From assembly GCA_002269645.1 (NCBI GenBank), contig NIVC01000831.1, forward strand, positions 157,554 to 221,553: DNA of 64,000 bases, in the 5' to 3' direction. The DNA comes from Macrostomum lignano. Lineage: Eukaryota. Under the pieces are notes generated by a model, which was not told the origin of the DNA, searched no databases, and saw only the letters and a list, made by a program, of their open reading frames with translations. Both the position numbers and the translations under genes were made by a program. Below, piece after piece: positions 53,271-64,000 of this stretch. Every line of letters begins with the position of its first letter. Within the stretch, counting starts at the first letter, position 1.

Positions 53271-53512
53271 TGCCAGAGCGTCATAACGCCGGGAGACCAT
53301 ATAGCTTCTGTAGTACGGTACCGTTTACCATATATATTGCGTACGCCCTACGGTATAGAGAATAGAAGCACTCGAGAGTGTCACCACACCTCGAGCCGCA
53401 GCGTGAACTCTGAGTGTCACAACACCAGAGGGATCGAATTATTATCGCAGAGCGTCGCCACGCCTGCTCGTCGTATTCATAAAAGTACAGACAGAGCGTC
53501 ACAACGCCTGTT
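53271..53512 (+). other. array of five conserved bulged-A tetraloop hairpins (consensus core G-A-GYGT-CRYM-ACRC-C)
   Basis: Hairpins at 53273-53293, 53371-53395, 53408-53430, 53447-53467 and 53490-53512 with covarying stems, paired by eye. Function unknown. Confidence 0.7.
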
Positions 53513-54184
53513 ATATCACATATAATATATATTGTACTCGGGACTGGGCACCCAAGCCGACCCGGGTCACAACAATATTTTACTGACAATTAATACGTTC
53601 TACGAAATTATCAAGTACGCCAACCCCGGAAAGTTTTTACAAATTTGCAACCATTTTGATCATAACGCCATTAACCCGTCCGTTGAGCTTATTCGTCCCA
53701 GTTTTGTTCTTGCTTTTTTACCCACTGATGAACTGTTGTCTTCCCACTGTTGATTTTACTAATTTCGCAACTATTACGAGTCAAGTTGTTTTTTTGCCCA
53801 ACTCTTTGTCCATGCCCTTGTCCAGCCCTCTGTCCAATCACCCGTCCCAGCCTGGCCCCGTCTGTTGATAATTTGAGTTTATTTCAATATTTAAAGCATT
53901 AATTGCTTCAAGCGCTGTTGCCGTTTTGTCCCTCCCCTTCCCCTTTTTCCTTGGTTCTCCTTCTGCTTCGTTCACTTTTACCTCCTGCGTTTAGTTATAG
54001 TACATTCGTTCTATTAATTAGTTCCGTTAGTGTTACTTTTGGTGCCGCCTCTAACTTCCATCCTAGCTAACCTTAGCGCACCGCGGCTCTGCTCGCATTC
54101 AATTCGTTCGTCGCCAATAATATTTATCCGCCTGCTTAACTAACTTGCAATGTAATATCTAGCGATCAATAATAATAAACGTCA

Positions 54185-54565
54185 ACCATATTTATTTCAA
54201 TTTATTTAATTAGTTAAGCCCATAGCCTATCTTGAGTTCTTTGCCCACGGGACGTAAAGCAATCCAGTTCTCATCTCAAAGAAAGCTCTGAGACTAATTC
54301 GTTTCGTAATGCAAAAATTACGGTGGTGGCAGCTCTACCCACCCTACTGATAGAAATCAACTCAACAAATCAACGCATTAATTTACGGTACCAAAAATCT
54401 CGGTGTCTACCATTTAAACGACCGTTCAGCTACGATCACGCCTACCCTCCCCCCGGACTTAAGACCCCGGCAGTCGGAGTAAAACAGGAGAAAATTTCGT
54501 TGTGATTCGTCTGCGCGAAACTTCTGGATTTAATCGTGCGAACGCAACGCCGGCGGAAATTCAAA
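54185..54565 (+). repeat. structured non-coding unit, copy 1 (putative LTR U5-PBS-leader)
   Basis: Clearly homologous to 55339-55728. Contains TGGTGGCAGC at 54324-54333. Confidence 0.75.
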
Positions 54566-55338
54566 AGTGATCAAAACTGCCCATCAAAGAAAGTGAACCT
54601 TTTTCTTTTCTCCGTCCCCACCTCAATATACTAGACGGTCTGACGGGCGGCAGCGCAGCTCGCCGTGCTCCCGGCGGCATAATTTTAAACCCTTTAAACG
54701 GCATAATTTTAGCTGCTGTGTTACCGACTAGACGCGGTCATCAAAAGGGTGATACTGATGGCAGGTGGGATGCCACTTTGACTTTGATAACAAATTTAAT
54801 AACTTTGAAATGCATGCGGAAAATTTTCTTTATTTTTTGTCCACTATTTGATTTGTTTCCTCCGTTTGATCCCGCCGAGGACCGTGGAGGTTTTGCATCC
54901 TTTTTTCTGGAAATTTATCCTCCTCCCAACGGACATTTTTGTTAAAATTTTTCTGTTTCCTTCAGTTTTTAGGCCGTCCGTGCCTCGACCACGCGCTGTA
55001 ATTTTTGTCCCGAAGCATATGCCCAACCGTTGATCCAACCGATGTTTTGCCATTTTTCACTAATATTTAAACAGCTCGTCATTGCTAGTGTCTCCATAAA
55101 CGCTCGCTCACTCTCTCTCGAACTTTTCTACGTACGTGTTCTCCCGCACTCGCCTTCTTCGTGCGACCAACACTAGCTAACTTAACGTAACTTGCCTATT
55201 TCATTTAGTTGATTTTTGCGCCTCGGAGCCCGTGAAATCTTCTCAGTCGTGAATTTATTAAAGCAATAGTAATCTTAATGACTTTCAATTTATTTCAAGC
55301 CTGCTGTTTTAATAATAACCAAATATCTAGTAAATTAC

Positions 55339-55728
55339 ACCATATTTATTCGTTGATCAATCAAGCCGTATAGCCTATCTTGAGTCATTTGCCCACGGGG
55401 CGTAAAACAATCAAAGTTCTCAACTCAAAGAGAGCTCTGAGACTTATTCGTTCCATAATACGTAAATTACGGTGGTGGCAGCTCTACCCTACTGATTTTA
55501 ATCAGCTCAACAAATCGACACATTAAATTTACGGTGTCAGAATCTTCGGTATCTACTATCTGAACGACCGTGCCGCTGAGACCGCTCGCCTACGACCGCA
55601 ACTACCCTCCCCCCGGAATTTGAGGACCCCGGCAGTCGGAGTAAAACAGGAGAAATAACTTTGTTGTGATTCGTCTGCGCGACTCTCCGGATTTATTCGT
55701 GCGAACGCAACGCCAGCGGGAATTCAAA
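55339..55728 (+). repeat. structured non-coding unit, copy 2 (putative LTR U5-PBS-leader)
   Basis: Homologous to 54185-54565. TGGTGGCAGC at 55473-55482. Confidence 0.75.
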
Positions 55729-55997
55729 CGTGGAATCCGCCCCACCTCACAGCAATCAATTATCCACGCATTTGTTTCCCCATTGATATTCGCATTGATA
55801 TTCGAATTTTAACAAAAGCAAAATACTAAAAGCAACCCGTAGCATGAAACTTTACACAGAGTAAACTGCAACCGTGAAACGACTATTGGTCAAGTTTCAG
55901 CTCGATATGTAACTTTGGCTCTGAGCAGGAGCGATTTTCGATGTGTTCCATTTAAAATACATGTGATTCCAAAATTCATATTGATATTCGAGTACAG

Positions 55998-56786
55998 GTG
56001 GAGGAGATGGCGCAACGTGACACAGTGGTCATTCTCGGAGACCTGAACGCAGTTCTGCGTAGGTCCGAGCGATCGCTGTTTGTGACAGCGCTCGAGAACG
56101 GCAACACCGGAGCGCTAGAGGACTTCCTGGAGAGACAGGACATGGTGTCGGCCAACACCAGATTCCGCAAGTCACCGGGCAGTCTCGCGACCTTCCTGGG
56201 CTGCAAGCGGAGGCGGCGGAACGCGCGCGGCCGGAACGCTACGCGGAGGCTGGCACAGCTCGACCACGTGCTTGTGCGCTTTCGTGTGCGCCGCCGCGTC
56301 ACCAACTGCCGCACCATTACGCCGCTGGCTCTGCGGTCCGACCATCGGCTGCTCATCTGCGACCTTCGGCTTCGGGACCCAGAGGGCGCGTGGCCTGGTC
56401 CGTCATCAACACTCTGACGGGGCGAAAGCGGCGCATCGCGCTCAACCTGGCAGGCGACATTCCGGATGAGCGCAGGAACGAGCTGCGCGAGTTCTTCGCC
56501 GCCATTGTCAACGCGCTGCCCCCTCCGCTTCCAGAAAATCTGAGGCTGCCGCCGGAGACGCCGTTGCCGGCGGAGGAGAGCTTCAACGTTGCCCCAGTCA
56601 GCACAGCCGACGTTGTGAAGTTCGCTCGGCAGTCGCCGGGCGGCAAAGCGCTTGGTCCGGACGAGCCCACCGAGGCGCTGCGGATCCACTGCGTGGCCAC
56701 TGAGGTCGCCAGAGTGATGAACCGCGTGCTTTCCGGTGAGGTGGCGCCAAACGAATGGACCACGGCGCACATCGTCTCCATTCCCA
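55998..56786 (+). mobile_element. RTE-clade non-LTR retrotransposon fragment (AP endonuclease and start of RT), internally deleted
   Basis: VILGDLNA, NTRFRK, AQLDHVLV, SDHRLL (APE motifs); KALGPD...EWTTAHIVSIP (RT N-terminal region); frame change near 56380. Confidence 0.85.
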
Positions 56787-56797
56787 GTTTCGTCAAG

Positions 56798-57135
56798 CCC
56801 GTACAACAATCCGACGTATCTGACCGACGTCGTACGACGTCTATGTAACATTACGTGTTTCCTATTGGTCGGACGTCGGGCTGACGTCGAAGTCGTAGTC
56901 GAAAAATTAAATTCGCCTTAATTCACGTTATTCGCCTTAAATAATTAAATTAAGCATAACAGTATTGCTTGCCAGTTCATCCCGCGAAAATAAATGTTAA
57001 AGAAGCGCGAAATAAATTTTTGGACTACGACTTCGACGTCGGCCCGACGTCCGACCAATAGGAAACACGTAATGTTACATAGACGTCGTACGACGTCGGT
57101 TCAGAGGTCGGTGCGACGTCGGATTGTTGTACGGG
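56798..57135. mobile_element. MITE with CCC/GGG termini and 3-bp TSD (CMC/EnSpm-like)
   Basis: TIR cccgtacaacaatccgacgt / acgtcggattgttgtacggg, ~120-bp inverted arms, TSD aag at 56795-56797 and 57136-57138. Confidence 0.82.
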
Positions 57136-58010
57136 AAGATCAGTGAATCAGAAGTACCTGTACTCGAATATCAATATGAATTTTGGAATCACATGTATTT
57201 TAAATGGAACACATCGAAAATCGCTCCTGCTCAGAGCCAAAGTTACATATCGAGCTGAAACTTGACCAATAGTCGTTTCACGGTTGCAGTTTACTCTGTG
57301 TAAAGTTTCGTCAAGATCAGTGAAGCAGAAGTACCTGTACTCGAATATTAATATGAATTTTGGAATCACATGTATTAATGGAACACATCGAAAATCGCTC
57401 CCGCTCAGAGCCAAAGTTACATATCGAGCTGAAACTTGACCAATAGTCGTTTCACGGTTGCAGTTTACTCTGTGTAAAGTTTCGTCAAGATCAGTGAAGC
57501 AGAAGTACCTGTACTCGAATATCAATATGAATTTTGGAATCACATGTATTTTAAATGGAACACATCGAAAATCGCTCCTGCTCAGAGCCAAAGTTACATA
57601 TCGAGCTGAAACTTGACCAATAGTCGTTTCACGGTTGCAGTTTACTCTGTGTAAAGTTTCGTCAAGATCAGTGAAGCAGAAGTACCTGTACTCGAATATC
57701 AATATGAATTTTGGAATCACATGTATTTTAAATGGAACACATCGAAAATCGCTCCTGCTCAGAGCCAAAGTTACATATCGAGCTGAAACTTAACCAATAC
57801 TCGTTTCACGGTTGCAGTTTACTCTGTGTAAAGTTTCGTCAAGATCAGTGAAGCAGAAGTACCTGTACTCGAATATCAATATGAATTTTGGAATCACATG
57901 TATTTTAAATGGAACACATCGAAAATCGCTCCTGCTCAGAGCCAAAGTTACATATCGAGCTGAAACTTGACCAATAGTCGTTTCACGGTTGCAGTTTACT
58001 CTGTGTAAAG
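57136..58010. repeat. ~177-bp tandem repeat (5 copies) derived from the MULE subterminal arm
   Basis: Units start at 57136, 57313, 57487, 57664 and 57841. Confidence 0.93.
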
Positions 58011-59300
58011 TTTCATGCTACGGGTTGCTTTTAGTATTTTGCTTTTGTTAAAATTCGAATATCAATGCGAATATCAATGGGGAAACAAATGCGTCAATTA
58101 TCCATCCACCAAAACTTTCTCCACCCCCACCTCAATACCCCCAGCCCCCACTACCACAAAACACATAACGGACGATTATAAGTGACAAACTTACAAGCTA
58201 CATACGAGCTACTTATTCTAGCCATCCCACTCTTGTTGTGAGGTAGCTTCATTTATTTCAGCACTACAAGGTAAGAATCAACCAACTTTCACTTGTGTTT
58301 TTTTGCTACCACTTTTGACAACATGTTAAAAGTGTATTTTTAATTTAATTTAATTTTTAAATGTAATGTAGACTGTAGTTATAGCTTGAACAATAAAAGT
58401 AAAGTAGGTTCTTCATTTTTCAAGTTTAGTTTATTGTAGGCATAGGCCTAATAAACAGTTCTGGCTTTTTTTATAGTATCATTATGTCTTAACTTTATGT
58501 AAAAAAATTGTTTTCAGTGCTAATGTCTAACTTGGTTTGTATTTCTATCTATGTTTCTTTTAATGATAATGATAGATCAAAACTTGATTTTAATTTTATT
58601 ATTCCAAAATTCAATACATTAGTATTCTGCCGCCATGAGTTTTGACCTCCGTAACTAACCATAACCGTAGCCGTAAGAAAGAAGCAACTTCCATAGCTGA
58701 ATTTTGCTGTCATTACGGGCTTAAAAAGTCCATAACCGTAATTTGCCGTAACTGTAGCTGTAATGTATAACAAAAATTGATATTTTTGCATGAAAAGTGG
58801 GGCAGACAGAAAAGGACAGATAAAAAAGATAAAAGGATAACAATAAAACCTACTTGTTGTTTGTTCATGCATTAATATTCATTTATTTTTTTTGTAAATA
58901 TAATATCTTTATCTAAGGTGAAATCCAAAAATCGAGGGCAAGTTTTATGAAAATTCGTTTTTTGGCAATTTGAAAGCAATAAAGCTATAAAATAAATTTA
59001 TTCAAGTTTTTAAAAGGTAAAAAAGTCTAATAAAGCACAAACTATTTTCTATAGCTTTATTTTTAATAAAATGATTTGTTAAAACAATAAGTTTAATTAC
59101 GACCTAATTCACCTAAAATGAGTCTAATGAAAATGATAGAAAAGCTATAGTAATATATTTTATTAACTTTAACTATCTTATAATGTTACACTCTATAATT
59201 CTACAACATAGTTAATATTATTTTCAAGGGTTTATTTGTTTATCACTTACGTTACTCTTGACAACATGTATTTTGTAGAGTTTGTTTGCAATAAATTGTA

Positions 59301-59892
59301 GGCAGTGCTTATCCCCACGGTACCGTAGGAATAATTTCTGTCTTATTCCAACGGTACCGTAGGGATAATTTTCTGCTTATCCGCACGGCACATTGACGAG
59401 ATAGCTGTCCTATCTTCTACATATGCCGTGGGAATAATTTTCTGCTTATCCGCACGGGTGAATTGTTGAAGCAATGCAATAATCTATACAAACAAATTGA
59501 GAATTTACATGTCTAGTAAGAAGTCTACAGAAGCAGCGGCAATGGACTTTTCGGGGATGTCGGGATTAGACTAGTTGCTAAAAGTTCTTAAATTGTAAAC
59601 AATTACTAGAGCAATTCATCTTAAATCATATGTCATAAATACAAAAAAGTGTTTTTTTGCGTAAAAAGGCCATTAAATCTTTACTTCTATCAAAATAATA
59701 GCCAAGCAAAGTTATGTTGTTATATTGCACTCAAGCCGTAAGTACTAAACTAAATTATGAACCCACGGCATATGTAGAAGATAGGCAGCTATCTCGTCAG
59801 TGTGCCATGCGGATAAGCAGAAAATTATCCCCACGGTACCGTTGGAGTAAGACAGAAATTATTCCTATGGTACCGTGGGGATAAGCACTGCC
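59301..59892. mobile_element. MULE-like MITE with 9-bp TSD
   Basis: TIR ggcagtgcttatccccacggtacc / ggtaccgtggggataagcactgcc. TSD taaattgta at 59292-59300 and 59893-59901. Confidence 0.88.
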
Positions 59893-61040
59893 TAAATTGT
59901 ATTCAACATAAGTTTATTATTTAAACATACAAATTCCCATAAGGATTGGAAAATTGCATTTTACTCAGCTTCTACTAAAGCAATTTGGAAAATTCTTTTT
60001 TCCTGCATACACGCTGCGATGATACATGTCTTAGTGTAATTTCATTGTTCTTTGTCGCTTAATGAGCATACAGTAAGCTGTAAGCATCTGATTTGGAAGC
60101 CAGGTAACACATTGGAATTCCTATGAGGATTGGAAAATTGCATTTTACTCAGCTTCTACTAAAGCAATTTTGAAAATTCTTTTTTTCCTACAATACACGC
60201 TGACTTGTTCTAAGAATCATTAGCAGCCTTGCTAATCCTGTTAAGATGGCCAGCAATTTGCTTGCAATAGGCTACCACATCATTGACAATTCGTTGCACT
60301 GGCTCTCCATCGGAAGGAGTTGATGGAATGTTCTTGCGCACAGCATTCTGTAGACGATGAACTACACACCCATGATGTGGGTACTCAAGCAACCTAACTG
60401 CCTTCTGCATCACTGGGGCATTGTCTGTGACAAAGGCAACTACCCGGTCAGTAAGTTGCCAGTCTTCCAGTGCCTATTAGCATTAAAAGGTAAGAAAGAA
60501 AAGAAAAAAAGTAACATAAATTATAAATAAAGTCAATAAAATGTTATTACTTATTTAGTATTAAAACAAGAAAATCAATACTGTATATTGTAAACTGTAA
60601 AAAAGAAAAAATTATTGCAAAAATTTTTAATTTACCTGCTTAATCACAATCTTTATGTTCTCAGCATTTGCAAAGCCACGGATCTCTAGGCAGCAGAGTA
60701 CAACATGGTTAAGCTTGCCATCGTCTTGGATAGTGAAAACAATAAGGCCCAAAATTTCAAAGGCAGCGTTTTCAGCAGTCTAACCATCTGTTGCAATTGC
60801 TACAGTTTTACTGGCAAATAAAATCTGACGTACTGGTTCAGCCACAGATTGGTACAGTTGTGGAATGGCAACATGGGCATGTGGTCAGCAGTTGGGATTT
60901 GGTACCTTTGGAAGCGTTTCTCTAAAAAGCTACCAAAGCCATAGTGTTCAACCATTGCATAGGGCTCCTGGTCAAGAGCAATGACCATTGCCAGGTCATT
61001 AGTCATCTCAATCGCCTTTGGATCAGAATGCACCCATTTA

Positions 61041-62332
61041 CGAGGGGCACTATTAAAGTTCTGAGCCTTAATATGAAAGAGAGGAGATATGGGCAAAGTG
61101 AGATAAGCTTTTCTCAACATAGTCTCCCCCAACCAAGATGCACTTATGGCATCTTGATCGCAGCGCCTCAATGCCACTCTGGAAGAATTGCACCGAGCAG
61201 CCCTCAAACCAAGCAGTTGCAGCATCCTTCAGCGCATCATCAGTGTCAAATCGCTGTCCACGGAGCGCCCGCTTGAGATGTGGAAACAGGTGGAAGTCGC
61301 TCGGGGCCAGGTCTGGTGAATAGGCTGGGTGCGGCAGCTCTCGAAACCCTGCGACACTGACAGCAGCCTTGGCAATCCTGCTAGTGTGGGCCGGTGCATT
61401 GTCGTGCAGCAGCACAACACCTCGGCTCAGCATCCCTCGCCTATTTTCCTTGATTGCCTCGCGCAGACGGGCGATCAGGTCAGCGTAGTAGGCGCCTGTG
61501 ACTGTCTGCTTGTGCGGTAGAAAGTCCAGCAGCAGCGGGCCCTTGGCATCCCAGAAGACGGTGAGCATAATCTTGCCCGCACTGCATGCAGTCCGTGCCT
61601 TCAGTGGTGCAGGTGAACCAACTGGCAGCCACTGCTTGGACTCCTGCTTGGACTCGGGATCGTGGTGATGGATCCACGTCTCATCCCCGGTCACGCAGCA
61701 GGACAGAAAGTTGGCAGGGTCCGGATCGTAGGAGTCCAGGACAAGCTTTGAGTACTGCACCCGTGCGGTCTTTTGGTCTCTTGTCAAGATTCGTGGGATC
61801 CATCTGGCAGAAACCTTGGACAGATAAAGATGCTGGTGCAGGATCTCAATGACTTGCGGGTCAGAGAGTCCAGTGTCTGCCGCAAGTTCCCTGACTTTCA
61901 CCCGCTGGTCACTGTCAACCAGAGCCTGGATGCGCTGGATGTTGTCGGCAGTGACAGCAGTCCGGGGTCGTCCACATCGGGGGTCATCTTCGAGCGAGTC
62001 GCGGCCACGCTTGAACTCGGCTGCCCAGCGCTTTATGGTGGCGTATGAGGGGCAGCGTCAGCGTACACACTAGCCATGCGGCTTTGAATTTCAGCAGGCT
62101 TTGAGCCCTCCAGAGTCAGAAATTTAATCACTGCCCTGTGCTCAAGCTTCAATTCTTGAGAAAATGCCATGGGGTGCTGGAAATAAAATGGTGCAGTGGG
62201 ACTTAGGGAATGCAGAAAATTCTGAAAAGTTGACAATAGGCTATTAACATGTGGCGCTTTTAGAGCCTAAAGTTTCAACACTTTGCCACTATAAGATCTT
62301 GGTCAGGCTCAGAACTTTAATAGTGCCCCTCG
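61041..62332 (-). mobile_element. mariner (D,D34D) transposon, full length, 1292 bp
   Basis: Perfect 28-bp TIR cgaggggcactattaaagttctgagcct with TA TSD on both sides. Motifs VSARWIPR, GDETW, HDNAPAH, YSPDLAPSD. Confidence 0.95.
61068..62170 (-). pseudogene. mariner transposase with one frameshift near 62045-62055
   Basis: ATG at 62170 gives MAFSQELKLEHRAVIKFL...VYADAAP. The frame then changes in a G4 run to YATIKRWAAEFKRGR and stays open to 61068. Confidence 0.88.
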
Positions 62333-62789
62333 TACTATTGACAGTTACAAAAGGCTGGCACTGTGTTTGCACTCTTTCAATATTTGCTTTGGGCTTTGTA
62401 GAACTTAGACTTGAAGTCAAAGTTAAAGTTGACTAAACCAAACTTTTTGGCTTAGATGATGCAGACTGCAAACGAGCTTTTTTAGTAGTAAGAAACATAG
62501 CATCAGCTGCAAGCTCATTTTCTTTGAATTCATATTTTCTTTTCTTCTCATCTTCATTGGCTCCTAACACCTTCTCATGTTCCTCTTTGTGTCTTGTCTT
62601 CAAATGGGACCACATGCCTCCATTGTAGTGTGAGCATCTTTTGCGATAGCCTTGTATTCTATTAGTTAGGTTTTGGATTATTGTTATTGATTTGTTATTT
62701 TGCTTTAGTTTAGTCATACATTTTGGTGTACTTTTTCCTTGTTAGTTAGAATCAATTTTGCGTAAACAGGCTAGAAGTCAGACGCCATT

Positions 62790-63600
62790 TGTGACTCAGC
62801 GGGGTTGAGTTTGTCTGCGAACCCCAGCTTTGCGCGGCCAGCCAATCAGAACCGGCCTGGACCCTGGCATGCGGCAAGTTTCAATTCTACCCGGCGCCGC
62901 GGGCACAGTACAATTCGGCTTAAGCAAGCGGCCGGCCAAACGACCACCACCCGGCTTGAGGGGTTTTGAGGGGTTGTGACTTTGACTATATATAAGTGTG
63001 TTTGGCAATCAGATCTCGCCTTCTCTCCTTGCCTTCTTTCCCAATTCTTGGTTTGTGTTCCAGCTTCTCGGCGGTGGCCTGTTTCCCTTTGGTTCGCATT
63101 TTGAGGCGTTTTGATTCGTCACCCCAGTCCATACTTTGTTCCCCGCCCAACTGCTTCAGTCTTGTGGCGTAACGTCTATGTCAAATTCCTGTCTGAAGTT
63201 GTCGCTATCAAGCGCGGTTAGATAGAGACTGTCGGATCTGATCAAGTATGCGGCCTCGACCCCGAGGGCCTCAGTGTCACACTGAAGGGCAGTGCCAATA
63301 GAATTTAGTCAGTACTCCATTGAACGGTCGGTTCGGCAGGGCTCGTTCGAGTGTAGGTTCTGGTTTAGGCCAGGGGTTAGGAGTCTTCTCCGTGGTTGTG
63401 TCCGGTTTTCTTCCTCTTCTTTTCAGCTGAGATCTGCTTGCTAGTTGCGTAATCTAATTATTATTATTAACCATTATCGTCGTTTTGTCAACTCTAGTTA
63501 TCTGCGCCACTTTGAATTTATATCTTGTAACTTGAAGTAATCAAATTAAATCGTCTAGCCAATTATCAGTTGTATCACATAGGATTATCACTCTAAATCT
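62790..63600 (+). mobile_element. LTR-like non-coding unit
   Basis: Starts tgtgac, with CCAAT at ~62842 and TATATAA at ~62987, then a pyrimidine-rich leader. It truncates the 5' side of the hAT relic. The right boundary and TSD were not identified. Confidence 0.3.
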
Positions 63601-64000
63601 TTCGGTTCGTGTTCCCTCGTGTTCTTTCTTTTCTTGTACTGTACCTGCGGCTATTGGAGAAAGACTGGTAGAACTCGCCGACCGGCGATAGGCGATTAGG
63701 ATTAATAGCTTTAAAATCTCTGACGCTCCAAGTAGGTTTGTCTAGGGCCTAACTAATTGCTCACCGTGCATGCTATTTATCTAATTGCCTATTTATCACA
63801 CCATTGGATGCATTTGCTTTCTTTGTTCTACAACAAACAGTTGCATGACACAATGTGCACTCAGAAACCAAATTGTCACCTGCATTTGGTAGCATAAAGA
63901 AGCTCCACAAAATACTGTGGCACGATGAGGCCTAACAATTTTGGCCTTGCAACTATGCTCAAGTTGCTCATGGCCACCCTCATGCTCACCGTCCTTATCA

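Larger units (their letters stand above)
55766..58094. mobile_element. non-autonomous MULE-like element (234-bp TIRs, 9-bp TSD) carrying an RTE fragment, a nested MITE and a tandem-amplified right arm
   Basis: 55766-55999 is the inverted copy of 57861-58094. TSD caattatcc at 55757-55765 and 58095-58103. Confidence 0.88.
60210..62717 (-). pseudogene. hAT (ZBED-type) transposase relic with a degenerate BED finger and an intron, interrupted by a mariner
   Basis: GGMWSHLKTRH (BED), DQEPYAMVEHYGF...RYQIP, FVTDNAPVM, HHGCVVHRLQNAV (CxxH). GT-AG intron at 60474-60635. Premature TAG at 62433 and further frameshifts. Confidence 0.82.

Noticed and set aside
54280-54310. Hammerhead-like ctgaga...gtttcg in the duplicated unit
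   Set aside because: Does not fit CUGANGA on either strand, and the second copy lacks gtttcg.
63325-63390. tRNA or SINE B-box (gttcgagt)
   Set aside because: No A-box or cloverleaf could be formed.

Overview
Eukaryotic, intron-rich animal genomic DNA packed with simple repeats, minisatellites and DNA transposons. The GC-rich poly-Q exons, pure GATA/GACA tracts and RTE fragment resemble the flatworm Macrostomum, but this is inference only. Three spliced genes lie on the + strand: an hnRNP L-like four-RRM protein (3383-9544, start exon not found), an RNF217-like RBR E3 ligase (18202-19841) and an MXD/MAD/MXI1-like bHLH-Zip repressor (29246-48663, five exons, TATA and E-box promoter). A disrupted secreted PAN-like/LamG gene lies on the - strand (13253-15690). 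Mobile DNA includes several MITEs with readable TIRs and TSDs, a near-intact mariner inserted in a hAT transposase relic, a MULE-like element carrying an RTE fragment, LINE relics, and a cluster of LTR-like non-coding units at 50.5-55.7 kb. The most unusual signals are: (1) five covarying bulged-A tetraloop hairpins at 53271-53512; (2) a MITE family carrying a 64-nt piece of 28S rRNA spanning the R2/homing-endonuclease target, in two copies; (3) a transposon whose ends form a GT-AG pair that would restore the host reading frame; (4) inverted minisatellites bracketing the MXD bHLH-Zip exons. All alignments and pairings were done by eye and reference sequences are recalled from memory.
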